DNA of 64,000 nt, from the NCBI GenBank assembly GCA_964592485.1, contig CAZQEY010000001.1:95935-159934 (forward strand), written 5' to 3'. Of the stretch, positions 20,144 through 30,293 are shown piece after piece (the stretch's first letter is position 1; each line of letters opens with the position of its first letter). The position numbers were made by a program, and so were the translations under genes. Under the pieces are notes generated by a model. The model ran no database searches. It worked only from the letters and a program-made list of their open reading frames with translations, and had not been told where the DNA came from. Source of the stretch: an uncultured Planctomycetales bacterium. GTDB lineage: Bacteria > Omnitrophota > Gorgyraeia > Gygaellales > JAHJCI01.

Positions 20144-21535
20144 TTAAAAAGTACTTTTAATAAGGGCGATGCCATTCTCAACATTCAATTTTATTCTGTT
20201 TAAGCTTTTCATTCTAATTAATTGTTTTATTATCTTTTTGGGCCTAAAGTAGAATTTCCTGTAGGCAACTTTCTGCCATTTAAGCAGATCACCTTCGCTA
20301 AGACTATTTAGGCGATGAACTGGTTTTGTATGTATCCCATAATGGTCAAAATCCATATCAAATATCATCCCTTTATCATTTAATTCATTAAAAACCCTTG
20401 TTCCTGGATAAGGTTTAAGAATATGGAATTTTGCGATATCTGGATCAAGTTTAACTGCAAAGTCAATTGTATTTTTTATAGTTATTTCTGTATCTCTGGG
20501 CAGACCGAGTATAAAAAAACCCCAACTTTCTATATTGAGATTTTTAACAATCTGAAAGACAACTTCTATCTCTTTAAGCGTTGTGCCTTTACTTACAGAA
20601 TCTAAAATTTCTTGGTTTCCTGACTCTACTCCAAAGGCAATACTATAAGTTCCCATCTCTTTCAGTGTACTTAAAATTTCCGTATCCACACAATCAACCC
20701 TTAAGCCGTTTGGAAATGAAAACTTTATATTTATTTTCCTCTTGAGAATTTCTTCCTTTATCCTAAAAACTCTATTTCGATCAATGCTAAAATTATCATC
20801 CCAGAAATGAATCTCTCTAACCATGTAATTTTTTAATAAATATTCTATTTCATCGATAATGCTTTTACTGCTTCGTGGTCTGAATTTCCTTAAAAAAATA
20901 CTTTTTGCACTACAAAAACTACAATTGGAAGGGCATCCCCTTGAGGACATAATCGGAAAGACAGAAGAACTGAGTGAATCTGGATAGGTGTATTTTAATT
21001 GTTTAAAGAGGTGCCAAGCGGGAAAAGGCAAAGTATCTAAATCTTTGATCAGCTCTCTATCCTCATTAATCATAATATTTCCATTTTTCTTATACAGAAG
21101 ACCTTTAACATATGAAGGTTCTTTGTGCTGCTCCAGATAATCTACAAGCTCACAAATCGTTTCTTCCCCCTCTCCTTTAACTAAAAAGTCTATACTCTCT
21201 GGAGTTATGGCCTCTTTGGGCATAACAGTAGCATGAATCCCTCCGATGACAATCTTAGCAGAGCTTTCTTTCTTGATTATTTCACACAGCCTTACTACAT
21301 TATTATATGTAGGAGTTGTGGTTGTTATCCCAATAAGCCCAAATTGCTCTTTCTTCAAAATAGTAATAAATCTATCCTTGGTAATATTATCTGCCTCCAT
21401 ATCGATGACTTTTACATCATGTTCTTTTTGTTCAAGAACAGCACCAATATAAGCAAGACCAAGGGGAGGAAAAGACGGTTTTTTCAAATTACCATACACT
21501 TTTTCTTGTGATGGATTAATTAAAAGAATTTTCAT
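20144..21535 (-). CDS. Cobalamin-binding radical SAM protein
   Basis: PPLGLAYI, GGIHAT, GEGE, SRGCPSNCSFC, WDDNF, GVESG. Confidence 0.93.
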   Translation of the reverse strand: MKILLINPSQEKVYGNLKKPSFPPLGLAYIGAVLEQKEHDVKVIDMEADNITKDRFITILKKEQFGLIGITTTTPTYNNVVRLCEIIKKESSAKIVIGGIHATVMPKEAITPESIDFLVKGEGEETICELVDYLEQHKEPSYVKGLLYKKNGNIMINEDRELIKDLDTLPFPAWHLFKQLKYTYPDSLSSSVFPIMSSRGCPSNCSFCSAKSIFLRKFRPRSSKSIIDEIEYLLKNYMVREIHFWDDNFSIDRNRVFRIKEEILKRKINIKFSFPNGLRVDCVDTEILSTLKEMGTYSIAFGVESGNQEILDSVSKGTTLKEIEVVFQIVKNLNIESWGFFILGLPRDTEITIKNTIDFAVKLDPDIAKFHILKPYPGTRVFNELNDKGMIFDMDFDHYGIHTKPVHRLNSLSEGDLLKWQKVAYRKFYFRPKKIIKQLIRMKSLNRIKLNVENGIALIKSTF

Positions 21536-22284
21536 AGTTTTAAATTGTGTTGATTTTTTCTATTCATTTCATCTTTTAAAAGAATTTTTTCAAGCAATAC
21601 ATATAAAAGCGAAAAAAGATATTTTCTCTGTAATTCCTTAAGTTTGTATTTAGATACACCGGAACTTCTTCCATACCAGTTTACAGGAATAGTGGCATAG
21701 GAAAATCCGCGCACAATTGCTTTTAATGGAAGCTCAATGGTTATATTAAAATGATTTGAAACTAAAGGTGATACTGATTTAATTACTTCCACATGGTATG
21801 CTTTAAAAGCATTGGTAATATCATTATTTCTTATCCTAAAAAGATATTTTACAAAAATATTGGCTATCCTATTTATAACAAGTTTTACAGTTGGATAATC
21901 CTTAACTGTTGCACCTTTAATAAATCTCGAACCAAAAACACAGCTATATCCTTCCTGAATTTTTTTATAGTACTTAACAATATCGTCTGGATCATCAGAT
22001 AAATCCCCCATACATATAACCACTATATCACCCTTCATATTTTCTAATCCCACCTTAACGGCCCGTCCGAATCCCGGAGGCCAGGATCTGTGTATAATAA
22101 CTATCTGTTTATTTTTGTCTGCTAGTCTTTCAATTATCTGCGGAGTATTGTCCGTACTATTATCATTTACCAAAATTATTTCAAAATCTATTTTCTCTTT
22201 ATTTAACCTAGAAATTATATCAGTAATCGTTTTTTCAATGCATTTCTCTTCGTTTCGTACAGGAATAACAATAGAAAGTTTCAT
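21532..22284 (-). CDS. GT2 glycosyltransferase, polyprenol-phosphate glycosyltransferase (DPM1-like)
   Basis: SIVIPVRNEE, VNDNSTD, MGDLSDD, FGSRF, DITNAFK. Confidence 0.88.
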   Translation of the reverse strand: MKLSIVIPVRNEEKCIEKTITDIISRLNKEKIDFEIILVNDNSTDNTPQIIERLADKNKQIVIIHRSWPPGFGRAVKVGLENMKGDIVVICMGDLSDDPDDIVKYYKKIQEGYSCVFGSRFIKGATVKDYPTVKLVINRIANIFVKYLFRIRNNDITNAFKAYHVEVIKSVSPLVSNHFNITIELPLKAIVRGFSYATIPVNWYGRSSGVSKYKLKELQRKYLFSLLYVLLEKILLKDEMNRKNQHNLKL

Positions 22285-22332
22285 AATTGCAATCCTATAT
22301 TTTAATTATTGCAAACTATTGGTAATACAATT

Positions 22333-23403
22333 TTACTCAATCACATGCTTTAACAAATATTCCTTATCGCGTATCCAGTTATAAATGCTAAGAAGAATTT
22401 CTGAAGGACTCCTCTTAGGCTGCCACCCTAAATCATGAAGAGCCTGTTTGTTATCGGTTAAATAAATCTTGATATCTCCTGGCCGATTGTTAGACTCTCT
22501 TCTGATATCCAGGTAATTTCCACTTATCTCTTCACAGAGTTTAGTTGTTTCAAGCAATGAGAGACTAATTTGCCTACCTCCTCCCACATTGTAAACTTTA
22601 CCATTAATTTTATCAAATGAGGATATTTCTAAATTTATCAACTCAAACAGGTCATCTACATGCAAAAGGTCACGCACCTGTTTACCCCGTCCTCCAAAAC
22701 CTATGTATCTAAGTTCTCTTTTGAAATAATGTGCTAGCATCCATAATGTAAAAACTCCCTGATCAACCTTACCAAATTGCCATGGACCAGCAATCACCCC
22801 ACACCTATTTATTACTCCTTTTATCCCGTACATACTTATATATTCCTGCAAAATCAACTCAGAAGCAAATTTTGTCGCTCCATAAAGAGTTTTTAGCCCA
22901 TTTTTTGTAAAATCCTCGGCTATGCCTTCTTTAGACCAGCCCTCAATTTCCTGCCCATCTACCCAATCAAATCTTGTCTCTAACTCAATCGTATTTATAT
23001 TATTAATAGCGGCATAAGGATAAACCCTGCTTGTTGAAAGAAAAATAAAATCTGCTTTATTTCTTCTGGCTAATTCTAAACAGTTCATTGTTCCTAACAG
23101 ATTAATATTAATAATTTGAGCTGGATTTTGTCCAAATCCTGCTAATACCGAAGGCTCGGCAGAACATTCTATTAAGAGGTCAATCTCAGAATTAAGCATA
23201 AGGTCTTCAGTGCTTCTAACATCGCCATGTACAAAGTGTACACCATTTTCTTTCAGGCGAATTATATTTAGCTCGCTGCCACGCCTTTTAAGGTTATCTA
23301 ATGCTACAACTCTTAATTTAGGACAATCTTTCTTAAATTTAACTGCCAAATTACTTCCTACGAAGCCAGCTCCACCGGTTATTAATATAGTTCTGTATCT
23401 CAT
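22333..23403 (-). CDS. rfbE: CDP-paratose/tyvelose 2-epimerase-like SDR
   Basis: TGGAGFVGSN, DNLKRRGS, NRCGVIAGPWQFGKVDQG, GKQVRDLLH; start reassigned to 23403. Confidence 0.75.
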   Translation of the reverse strand: MRYRTILITGGAGFVGSNLAVKFKKDCPKLRVVALDNLKRRGSELNIIRLKENGVHFVHGDVRSTEDLMLNSEIDLLIECSAEPSVLAGFGQNPAQIININLLGTMNCLELARRNKADFIFLSTSRVYPYAAINNINTIELETRFDWVDGQEIEGWSKEGIAEDFTKNGLKTLYGATKFASELILQEYISMYGIKGVINRCGVIAGPWQFGKVDQGVFTLWMLAHYFKRELRYIGFGGRGKQVRDLLHVDDLFELINLEISSFDKINGKVYNVGGGRQISLSLLETTKLCEEISGNYLDIRRESNNRPGDIKIYLTDNKQALHDLGWQPKRSPSEILLSIYNWIRDKEYLLKHVIE

Positions 23404-23598
23404 TTTAAAATCACCCTTTGTATCTCGTAAAATTATCGACAGTATACACAGCAATATTTAATATATATCTTGCTCTATCCTCACCATAATGATAGTAACT
23501 AAATAAAATAAATCAAAAAACCCTGCTGATTTCTGACCGATAATTACAAGAGCCTGTTATCGATTATGCCCATGCTCGATTCCCTGTATAATTCTGCG

Positions 23599-25665
23599 CT
23601 AGACCGCTTCTCGCTTCTCTTTTTGGAAGGAGATTACTTTATCCGTTCCCCATTCCGTTCGGTATCTCTCAACTGCCTTCTCGACAACTTGCTGAGAATA
23701 TTTTCCTTTATCAAATTCATCCAACAGCCACTTCATAAAAAATCCCACTCTCTCAGAAGCCCTTCCATCTCTAAAAGGGTCAATATCCTTTAGTGAAAAA
23801 GAATAATCTGCGAATCCATCAGAGTTATTATTCCTATTTTTAAATTGTTGAATACTTTGCATCATTGTATCTAAGTCATTGAAAACTATAGAGTTATAAC
23901 CCTCCTTATAAAATGGATGACTGACAAGACCTTGCAAATCGCAGGTAATAGCAGGAATGCCCGATATGGCTGACTCAATAGCGGGTGTGCTATAAACTCC
24001 AAAGCCTATGGCTAAATCCGAGGCTTGCGCTGCGACATTAGTAGAAGTACTCCCGTCCAAGAAAAAACAGCGACCTGTCTTTTCAGCTTCCTTTGCCAAA
24101 GAAGATAAATTAGGCATTATCTCCCAAAAGTTCCTTATTTTCTTGGGCTTAGTAATAAGCCCAAAGTCAGAATCTTGCAAAACTTTATGCAACAGAGCGC
24201 GATAGATATCCTCAATATCTTTGTTTGCTTTTGGCCAAAAATAAGAATAGCGTTGGTCAAAGAAACAAACAATAAATTTTGCGCCATTCTCCAACAACCT
24301 CTGACGATAAAGCTGTGCCTTTTGCTTACATCTTGGGAAATGATAATCATAAGGGTAGCCTGTGTATACTAAATATTTCATCTCATAGAAATTTTTATCA
24401 AAAAAATGTCGTTCATAATAAGGTCCCCAGGAGAAATAGACATCATGTGGTTTTCCAATACAAATCTCAATAACATCAAAATTTGACCAATGATGGCACA
24501 AATCTATTCCGCCAACCAACTCTATTGCAATATTGGCTGCAATCATATCCATCCCTGCTTCATAAATACCATAATGCATTTTAATATTGTATAGACTAAA
24601 AAATGCCTCATATAATGTTACTCTATTTAATAAATTCGCTAAATGACGCCATTGCCAAAGTGCGATATTGCTAAGTTTAAACAAACAACAAAAAAATAAT
24701 TTAGCTATTTGTAAAAAAGTTATAATTGAATTTTTAATATAAAGAGGATGTGGTATTTTGTAAAATTCAGGAATAGCAGAAAGAATTCTTAGTTTAGAAA
24801 ACTTCCAGGGTAATAGATTGACCCAATGCATACCATACGACTCAATAAGCATTATAGACTCTTTTTTTGCTGGCCAGCAATGATACTTAAAATAAACCAA
24901 AATTCGCTGAGGGTCTATAGAGGAATTGTTAAACCAAAAATAATCTGACCTTTTTTCTAAATCTGCACCGTGAGCATGCAATACCCCTATTTTTGGTGTT
25001 GTTGGATTGGATATATATTTTATTCTTTTCTTCGTAAGGAATAAAAGCAATGAATTTGCGCAAATCTCTAAGATAATTTTTATAGGGATAAAATGTGTCT
25101 CAATCATTTTCTTTAAATTAAGATAGGTATAGATTCTCCAAACCAAATCCTTCTTATAAAACCTAAGATAATGACGCCATACGTTGCCCTTAATAATAAC
25201 AATATGACGAATGGTCTCTAAATTTTTGTTTTTGGCACAATACCACTTTATAAAATTACTGATTATTGTAAATTCTTCAATATCACAAGCAATTTCTCTC
25301 TTAAAGGAAAATACAATTTTAGATTTATTATAACGAGAGTCTAAATTAGTCAAAAGACGATCTTTTATAGACGCCCGTTTTGCTATGTCAATAGCTAAAG
25401 AGGATTTTTCTATATAGCATCCGTTATTATAAATCTCCATTTCTTCGTGGGAAGTCATCTCAAAGTCATCTTCACGAACGCTCTTAATACGAAGATAGGA
25501 ATCGAGTTTTAATTTGCAAATAATCTTTTCTGCCAATTTTGAGAAGCTTAAGTACCTTATCTCTTTATAATTATGAGTAGCTCGTAAGAATATAATTAGT
25601 AGCAGAGAAAGAAAGTTAATGTTATCCACCCAACATAGATAATAGTATTCTTTGCTCATATACAC
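23599..25665 (-). CDS. Large orphan surface-carbohydrate protein, putative legionaminate transferase
   Basis: 688 aa; C-terminal GT-B-like segment (ITKPKK, ASDLAIG..STPAIESAISGIP, DPFRDGRASER); last gene of the Leg module. Confidence 0.55.
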   Translation of the reverse strand: MYMSKEYYYLCWVDNINFLSLLLIIFLRATHNYKEIRYLSFSKLAEKIICKLKLDSYLRIKSVREDDFEMTSHEEMEIYNNGCYIEKSSLAIDIAKRASIKDRLLTNLDSRYNKSKIVFSFKREIACDIEEFTIISNFIKWYCAKNKNLETIRHIVIIKGNVWRHYLRFYKKDLVWRIYTYLNLKKMIETHFIPIKIILEICANSLLLFLTKKRIKYISNPTTPKIGVLHAHGADLEKRSDYFWFNNSSIDPQRILVYFKYHCWPAKKESIMLIESYGMHWVNLLPWKFSKLRILSAIPEFYKIPHPLYIKNSIITFLQIAKLFFCCLFKLSNIALWQWRHLANLLNRVTLYEAFFSLYNIKMHYGIYEAGMDMIAANIAIELVGGIDLCHHWSNFDVIEICIGKPHDVYFSWGPYYERHFFDKNFYEMKYLVYTGYPYDYHFPRCKQKAQLYRQRLLENGAKFIVCFFDQRYSYFWPKANKDIEDIYRALLHKVLQDSDFGLITKPKKIRNFWEIMPNLSSLAKEAEKTGRCFFLDGSTSTNVAAQASDLAIGFGVYSTPAIESAISGIPAITCDLQGLVSHPFYKEGYNSIVFNDLDTMMQSIQQFKNRNNNSDGFADYSFSLKDIDPFRDGRASERVGFFMKWLLDEFDKGKYSQQVVEKAVERYRTEWGTDKVISFQKEKREAV

Positions 25666-25753
25666 ACTATGTAGATAGAAATTATTGCACTATACACCAT
25701 AAAACTCTGTTGAGTTAAACAATTTATAAGACATTCGATTTGTAAGATAGAAA

Positions 25754-26950
25754 TTAACTGACGCGGTGTAATAATTTCCACTCTCCATTTTCCTTTTTCC
25801 ATAAATGAGGTGAAATAGACCGATAAAAGTCAACTACTTCCCAAAATTCATCTTCACTTATATTTAAATATTCCAAGAACTCCTTATAATATTTCTTGGG
25901 AAATTCGCCATCATAGCGATGAACTAATGCTACCCCCTCCTCTCTCTTAAGGTGTCTATCTCTGATTTCGTGAGCTGCATCAGACGTTGCCCTTCCAATA
26001 CCAAATTTAATAAATCCTAAATAGAAATGGAATCCATCTGTTTTATCATCAAGGCTTGCGTACTTGGAATAAGTACCTTCGGATCGTCCGGGATTTGCTG
26101 TAAAACCTGTATGCTCCACAGCAAAATAATAATGTTCCTGTGGTACCCATTTTTTATAATAAGAAAACCAGTGCATTTGAGCATTGATTCTTTTCAACTC
26201 CTCTATAGGAGGATGCCAATAAAAAAGAAATGATTCGTTTTTAACCTCTTCCTCTGTGAAATAACCAATCTCAAGACCTGCTTTAATGAGTTCATCAAGA
26301 GAAGAACCCTGGTAGTAAAATTCACTCCAATCCTCCACGTCTTCATAAGGTTTATCCTTATTTTTGGTAGACCCGCCATATTCAATCTCACCACTCTCAC
26401 CATAAAATACTAAGGGAATTTTAAATCTTACTGCGATATGAAATGCCAGTGCTTTCTGGCCAAGTCCAAAAACCTTAAAATGATCACCCCACAACTCAAA
26501 AGCCAACCTTGAGAGTTTGCGATGTATCTTGCCATTTGCAAATACCAGTATATTATCAAATCCAGAATCTTTAAAAGCGATGTAGTTTTTCCATCCAATA
26601 TCTGTATATAAGTGTGGAGCCCAGGTGACTGTAAGAGGGTGCATTCCATACTTATATTTTAATTGATAACTTACAAATGCACTATCCTTACCCCCGCTAC
26701 CTGGGATAATGCAATCATAGTTACCATCTTTAGAGCGATGTTTGGCAAGTAAATCTAATAACATTTTTTCTCGTTCTTTCCAATCAATAACATGATGTTT
26801 TTCATATGCGTAATCACATGCACTACAAACACCATTTTTATCAAAAGTTATACGAGGCCTCTGGTTAGAAACCACGCATTTCTTACAAAAAAATACTGCT
26901 TTCGGCCTTTTCGCCAATTGCCTGTCTAAGGTTTTACCACCAAACAACAT
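25754..26950 (-). CDS. N-acetyl sugar amidotransferase (WbuX/PseA/PtmG family)
   Basis: CKKC...CSAC, SGGKDS PP-loop, KYASLDD, KFGIGRA. Confidence 0.92.
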   Translation of the reverse strand: MLFGGKTLDRQLAKRPKAVFFCKKCVVSNQRPRITFDKNGVCSACDYAYEKHHVIDWKEREKMLLDLLAKHRSKDGNYDCIIPGSGGKDSAFVSYQLKYKYGMHPLTVTWAPHLYTDIGWKNYIAFKDSGFDNILVFANGKIHRKLSRLAFELWGDHFKVFGLGQKALAFHIAVRFKIPLVFYGESGEIEYGGSTKNKDKPYEDVEDWSEFYYQGSSLDELIKAGLEIGYFTEEEVKNESFLFYWHPPIEELKRINAQMHWFSYYKKWVPQEHYYFAVEHTGFTANPGRSEGTYSKYASLDDKTDGFHFYLGFIKFGIGRATSDAAHEIRDRHLKREEGVALVHRYDGEFPKKYYKEFLEYLNISEDEFWEVVDFYRSISPHLWKKENGEWKLLHRVS

Positions 26951-26988
26951 ATTTTACCCCTCTGCCTAAGTTACTTTTTATTAAATCT

Positions 26989-27699
26989 CTAATATGAAAT
27001 CGTTACTTGCACTCTGTTTTTATTCTTCAAAACAGATACTGCCAGTGCCTTATATATCTTTAAGCCTTGCGCTCCACTTCGCTCAGGATGGAACTGACAA
27101 GCAAAAATATTCTTATATTTCAAACTAGAGCAGAACTCAATATCACCATATCGAGTCATTGATAAACATAGTTGTGGTGCATGCAACTTTACATAATATG
27201 AATGGACAAAATACATATATTCGCCGTCAGACAATCCCTCAAGCAACGAATCTTGCCATGAGCCTCGAGAAGATTCTCTCTTATAAATAGTATTCCATCC
27301 AACTTGGGGCACCTTTAAAATATTGCCCTGGCTATCCTTGGGCTTATCTAAACGCACTACAGAACCCTTAACTATCCCCAATCCATTATGTTCGCCAAAT
27401 TCATAACTCCGTTTGCATAATAACTGCATTCCTAAGCAAATTCCCATAAATGGTTTGGATGAGAATGCGGCTTCCTTAATCGTATCAGTTAAATGCAGCC
27501 GCTGTAGCGTCTCCATTGCATCAGCAAATGCACCTACTCCGGGCAAAATTACTGCGTCGGCAGACCGTATCTCATCGCGAGAATACGTTATAATAGCATC
27601 CAAGCCACAATATTTACAAGCTTGCTTTACACTAAAAAGATTGCCCATACCATAATTTATAATAGCGACTTTTGGTCTATCTATATCACTATTACTCAT
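26989..27699 (-). CDS. hisH: HisH-like glutamine amidotransferase subunit (WbuY-type, glycan-associated)
   Basis: YGMGNL, PGVGAF, GICLGMQ, YFVHSY, QFHPE. Confidence 0.9.
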   Translation of the reverse strand: MSNSDIDRPKVAIINYGMGNLFSVKQACKYCGLDAIITYSRDEIRSADAVILPGVGAFADAMETLQRLHLTDTIKEAAFSSKPFMGICLGMQLLCKRSYEFGEHNGLGIVKGSVVRLDKPKDSQGNILKVPQVGWNTIYKRESSRGSWQDSLLEGLSDGEYMYFVHSYYVKLHAPQLCLSMTRYGDIEFCSSLKYKNIFACQFHPERSGAQGLKIYKALAVSVLKNKNRVQVTISY

Positions 27700-28568
27700 G
27701 CTGCACCTACTTCAGAATATCTAGCATATCTACAATGAATTCCTTTATGTATTAGGTATTGCTTTATATCCATAAGTGAAGTATCTTTAATAATTGATAA
27801 GTGCCGCTTACTTTTTAGAAATTCAATATTGCCCTCATCTGAAAAGTCATCTTTAAGCATATCGTGATATTTAATGTAATTAAAATGTAAAATAGAGGCT
27901 ATGCTAACTGCATCGGCTTTACCTTCTTCAACAACCTGATAAATGTGCTCATCTTTCCCGGCTCCACCACATGCAATCACAGGAATTGGAACAGAATCGG
28001 CAACTTTACGCGTTAATTCTATATCAAATCCTTCTCCTGTGCCCTCGCGGTCAATCGAGGTAAGTAGTATTTCTCCTGCGCCTAATTCAACAACGCGTGA
28101 TGCCCATTCAAAAACGTCAACGCCGGTTCCCTCACGCCCATTATCAGTATATGCCTCATAGCTACCGTTATCCTTTTTTAATGCTTCAATCGAAATGACA
28201 ATAGTAGAAGAACCAAAACGTCTAGCTGCCCTCTTAATAAATCCAGGGTCACGAATTCCTCTAGTATTTATTGCAACTTTATCAGCACCAGCTTTGAGTA
28301 TGGTCTGAATATCATCCAACGTTCTCAAACCGCCAGCAACAGTTAAAGGAATAAAAATCTCTTTAGATGTTCGTTTAACAATGTCTAATAAATTATTTCG
28401 CCTATACAAACTGGCAACTATATCTATATAAATCAACTCATCAGCACCGGTTTCATAGTAATAGCGTGCAAAACGTTCTGGCTTACCTAAAATACGTAGG
28501 CCTTCTAAATGCATTCCTTTGACCAGGTTAGGACCCTTGATATCTAACCGCGGTATTACCCTTACCAT
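27696..28568 (-). CDS. hisF: HisF-like cyclase subunit (WbuZ-type, glycan-associated)
   Basis: RVIPRLDIKGPNLVKG, GAGEILLTSIDREGT, IACGGAG. Confidence 0.9.
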   Translation of the reverse strand: MVRVIPRLDIKGPNLVKGMHLEGLRILGKPERFARYYYETGADELIYIDIVASLYRRNNLLDIVKRTSKEIFIPLTVAGGLRTLDDIQTILKAGADKVAINTRGIRDPGFIKRAARRFGSSTIVISIEALKKDNGSYEAYTDNGREGTGVDVFEWASRVVELGAGEILLTSIDREGTGEGFDIELTRKVADSVPIPVIACGGAGKDEHIYQVVEEGKADAVSIASILHFNYIKYHDMLKDDFSDEGNIEFLKSKRHLSIIKDTSLMDIKQYLIHKGIHCRYARYSEVGAA

Positions 28569-28596
28569 CTAGAATTATTTCCTCAGTTTTTATTTA

Positions 28597-29649
28597 CTAA
28601 GTCGCGAGCTCACTAATTGCCTTTCTATACTCATCCCATTGTCCGACATCTATCCATGATTTCTCACTTAAAGGAAATACGCTAACCTTGCCACCTTGTT
28701 TTTTTACTTTCTTTATTAAGTCTGTCATAAGATAAAAGCTTCTTTCTGGAATAAATCTTAAAACTTTAGATTCTAATACGTACATCCCCGTATTAGCTAA
28801 GAAATCATACTCTGGTTTTTCTCTTATATTTGTCAATTTTCCTCCATTCTTAATCATACAAACCCCATAAGGAATAACAAGATGCCTGTATGAACCTACG
28901 ATGGTTATATCATTAGAATTCCTTTTGTGGAATTGGATAATCTCATGGTAATTACATTTAATTATTATGTCACAATTAGTCACCAGAAAGGAACCACGAA
29001 TTTGGTTTTCTAAAAAATTCAAGCATCCGGTTGTGCCTAATGGTTTTTCTTCATCAATAAATCTAATATTATAGCCGGTATTTGTGTCTTCAAAATATGC
29101 CTTGACCATTTTAGACTTATGATTAATAGAGACATAAAAATCTTTTATTCCATATTCGTTGAATCTATCCATTATTATCCTGATAATAGGTTTTTCTCCA
29201 ATAGGGATTAAGGGTTTGGGCAAAATTCTTGTAAAAGGGTCCAGACGCTTCCCCTCTCCTCCGGCCATAATAACTATGGGAATATTTATTTTTGGTTTAG
29301 ACTTAATAATCTTATTCCCGAAGACGCCTTCCCATAATAAAATCTTGCATATCTGCCGAGATTTGTTTACTACCGGTATGCATTCTATTCTCTCTTTTAA
29401 AATCAAAGACTTTACTGTTTCTATATCGTAATTCTCCTTTATGAACTTCGGCTCTTTATTGATAATTCTTTCAACCCTTTCTTTTAAATTACCCTTTGCT
29501 AAAATCCACCTTCTTATATCTCCATCTGTTAACGCTCCGAGCAATCTATTTCTTGAATCAACTACAAATAGAGTTTTCTCACCTATTCTATCCATGTGTC
29601 TCATTGCCTGCTTTATCGAAATATCTCTGGAAATTAAAAATTTCTGCAT
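28597..29649 (-). CDS. CBS-domain nucleotidyltransferase (PtmE-like GlcN/GlcNAc-1-P guanylyltransferase)
   Basis: N-terminal CBS pair (LTDGDIRR), MAGGEGKRL, PKPLIPIG, VTNCD, WIDVG; start reassigned to 29649. Confidence 0.88.
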   Translation of the reverse strand: MQKFLISRDISIKQAMRHMDRIGEKTLFVVDSRNRLLGALTDGDIRRWILAKGNLKERVERIINKEPKFIKENYDIETVKSLILKERIECIPVVNKSRQICKILLWEGVFGNKIIKSKPKINIPIVIMAGGEGKRLDPFTRILPKPLIPIGEKPIIRIIMDRFNEYGIKDFYVSINHKSKMVKAYFEDTNTGYNIRFIDEEKPLGTTGCLNFLENQIRGSFLVTNCDIIIKCNYHEIIQFHKRNSNDITIVGSYRHLVIPYGVCMIKNGGKLTNIREKPEYDFLANTGMYVLESKVLRFIPERSFYLMTDLIKKVKKQGGKVSVFPLSEKSWIDVGQWDEYRKAISELAT

Positions 29650-29656
29650 CGTATCC

Positions 29657-30277
29657 CTACCTTTTGATTTTTGCCGGAACTCCAAATGTAGTCACTCCGG
29701 AGGGAATATCTTCTATAACAACTGAACCTGTTCCAACCACCACATTATCTCCTATAGTTATGCCTTGAACAATAACAGCACCTGTTCCAATATGGCAGCT
29801 TCTGCCTATATTTGCCCCGCCTGAGATTACAACGCCAGGAGCAATATGTGAATGCGCATCAATTTGACAGTCATGATCAATAGATGCTGATGTATTGATA
29901 ATGACATTTTCTCCAATTATTGTACCTAGATTAATTACTACACCTGCCATAATCTGAACACCTTCACCAATATTGGTATCTGCGGAGATTACTGATTGTG
30001 GATGAATCACAGAAGCAAAACGATACCCCTTACCTTTTAACTCCTCAAAGACTTCTTGGCGCCGAACCGGAAGGCCTACTGAACCAATGCCATTTACGAG
30101 CAAGATCTCATCTGCCGAATAACGCTGGATAGCTGTATCATCTCCTAAATATTTCAAGCCTACAATAACTTTTGGCTCTAAATCTGTAAAACCAACTATA
30201 TCAAATTGACCTGAAAGGCTTAAAATTTCTTTTAAAACTCGTGCGTGTCCGCCTGCACTGATTAGAATAACCTTCAT
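29657..30277 (-). CDS. NeuD/PglD-family hexapeptide-repeat acetyltransferase (LegH role)
   Basis: AGGHA, IDHDC, hexapeptide repeats, GVPAK. Confidence 0.9.
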   Translation of the reverse strand: MKVILISAGGHARVLKEILSLSGQFDIVGFTDLEPKVIVGLKYLGDDTAIQRYSADEILLVNGIGSVGLPVRRQEVFEELKGKGYRFASVIHPQSVISADTNIGEGVQIMAGVVINLGTIIGENVIINTSASIDHDCQIDAHSHIAPGVVISGGANIGRSCHIGTGAVIVQGITIGDNVVVGTGSVVIEDIPSGVTTFGVPAKIKR

Positions 30278-30293
30278 TGATATTCTCTTTTTT

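Noticed and set aside
3597-20520. A/T homopolymer runs of 7-8 nt as phase-variation tracts
   Set aside because: Expected in AT-rich Lys/Phe codons, frames are intact, and no long G/C tracts were seen
23404-23598. Intergenic gap of about 195 bp as riboswitch (e.g. cobalamin) or terminator
   Set aside because: No B12-box or stable hairpin recognisable; only a 6-bp inverted repeat
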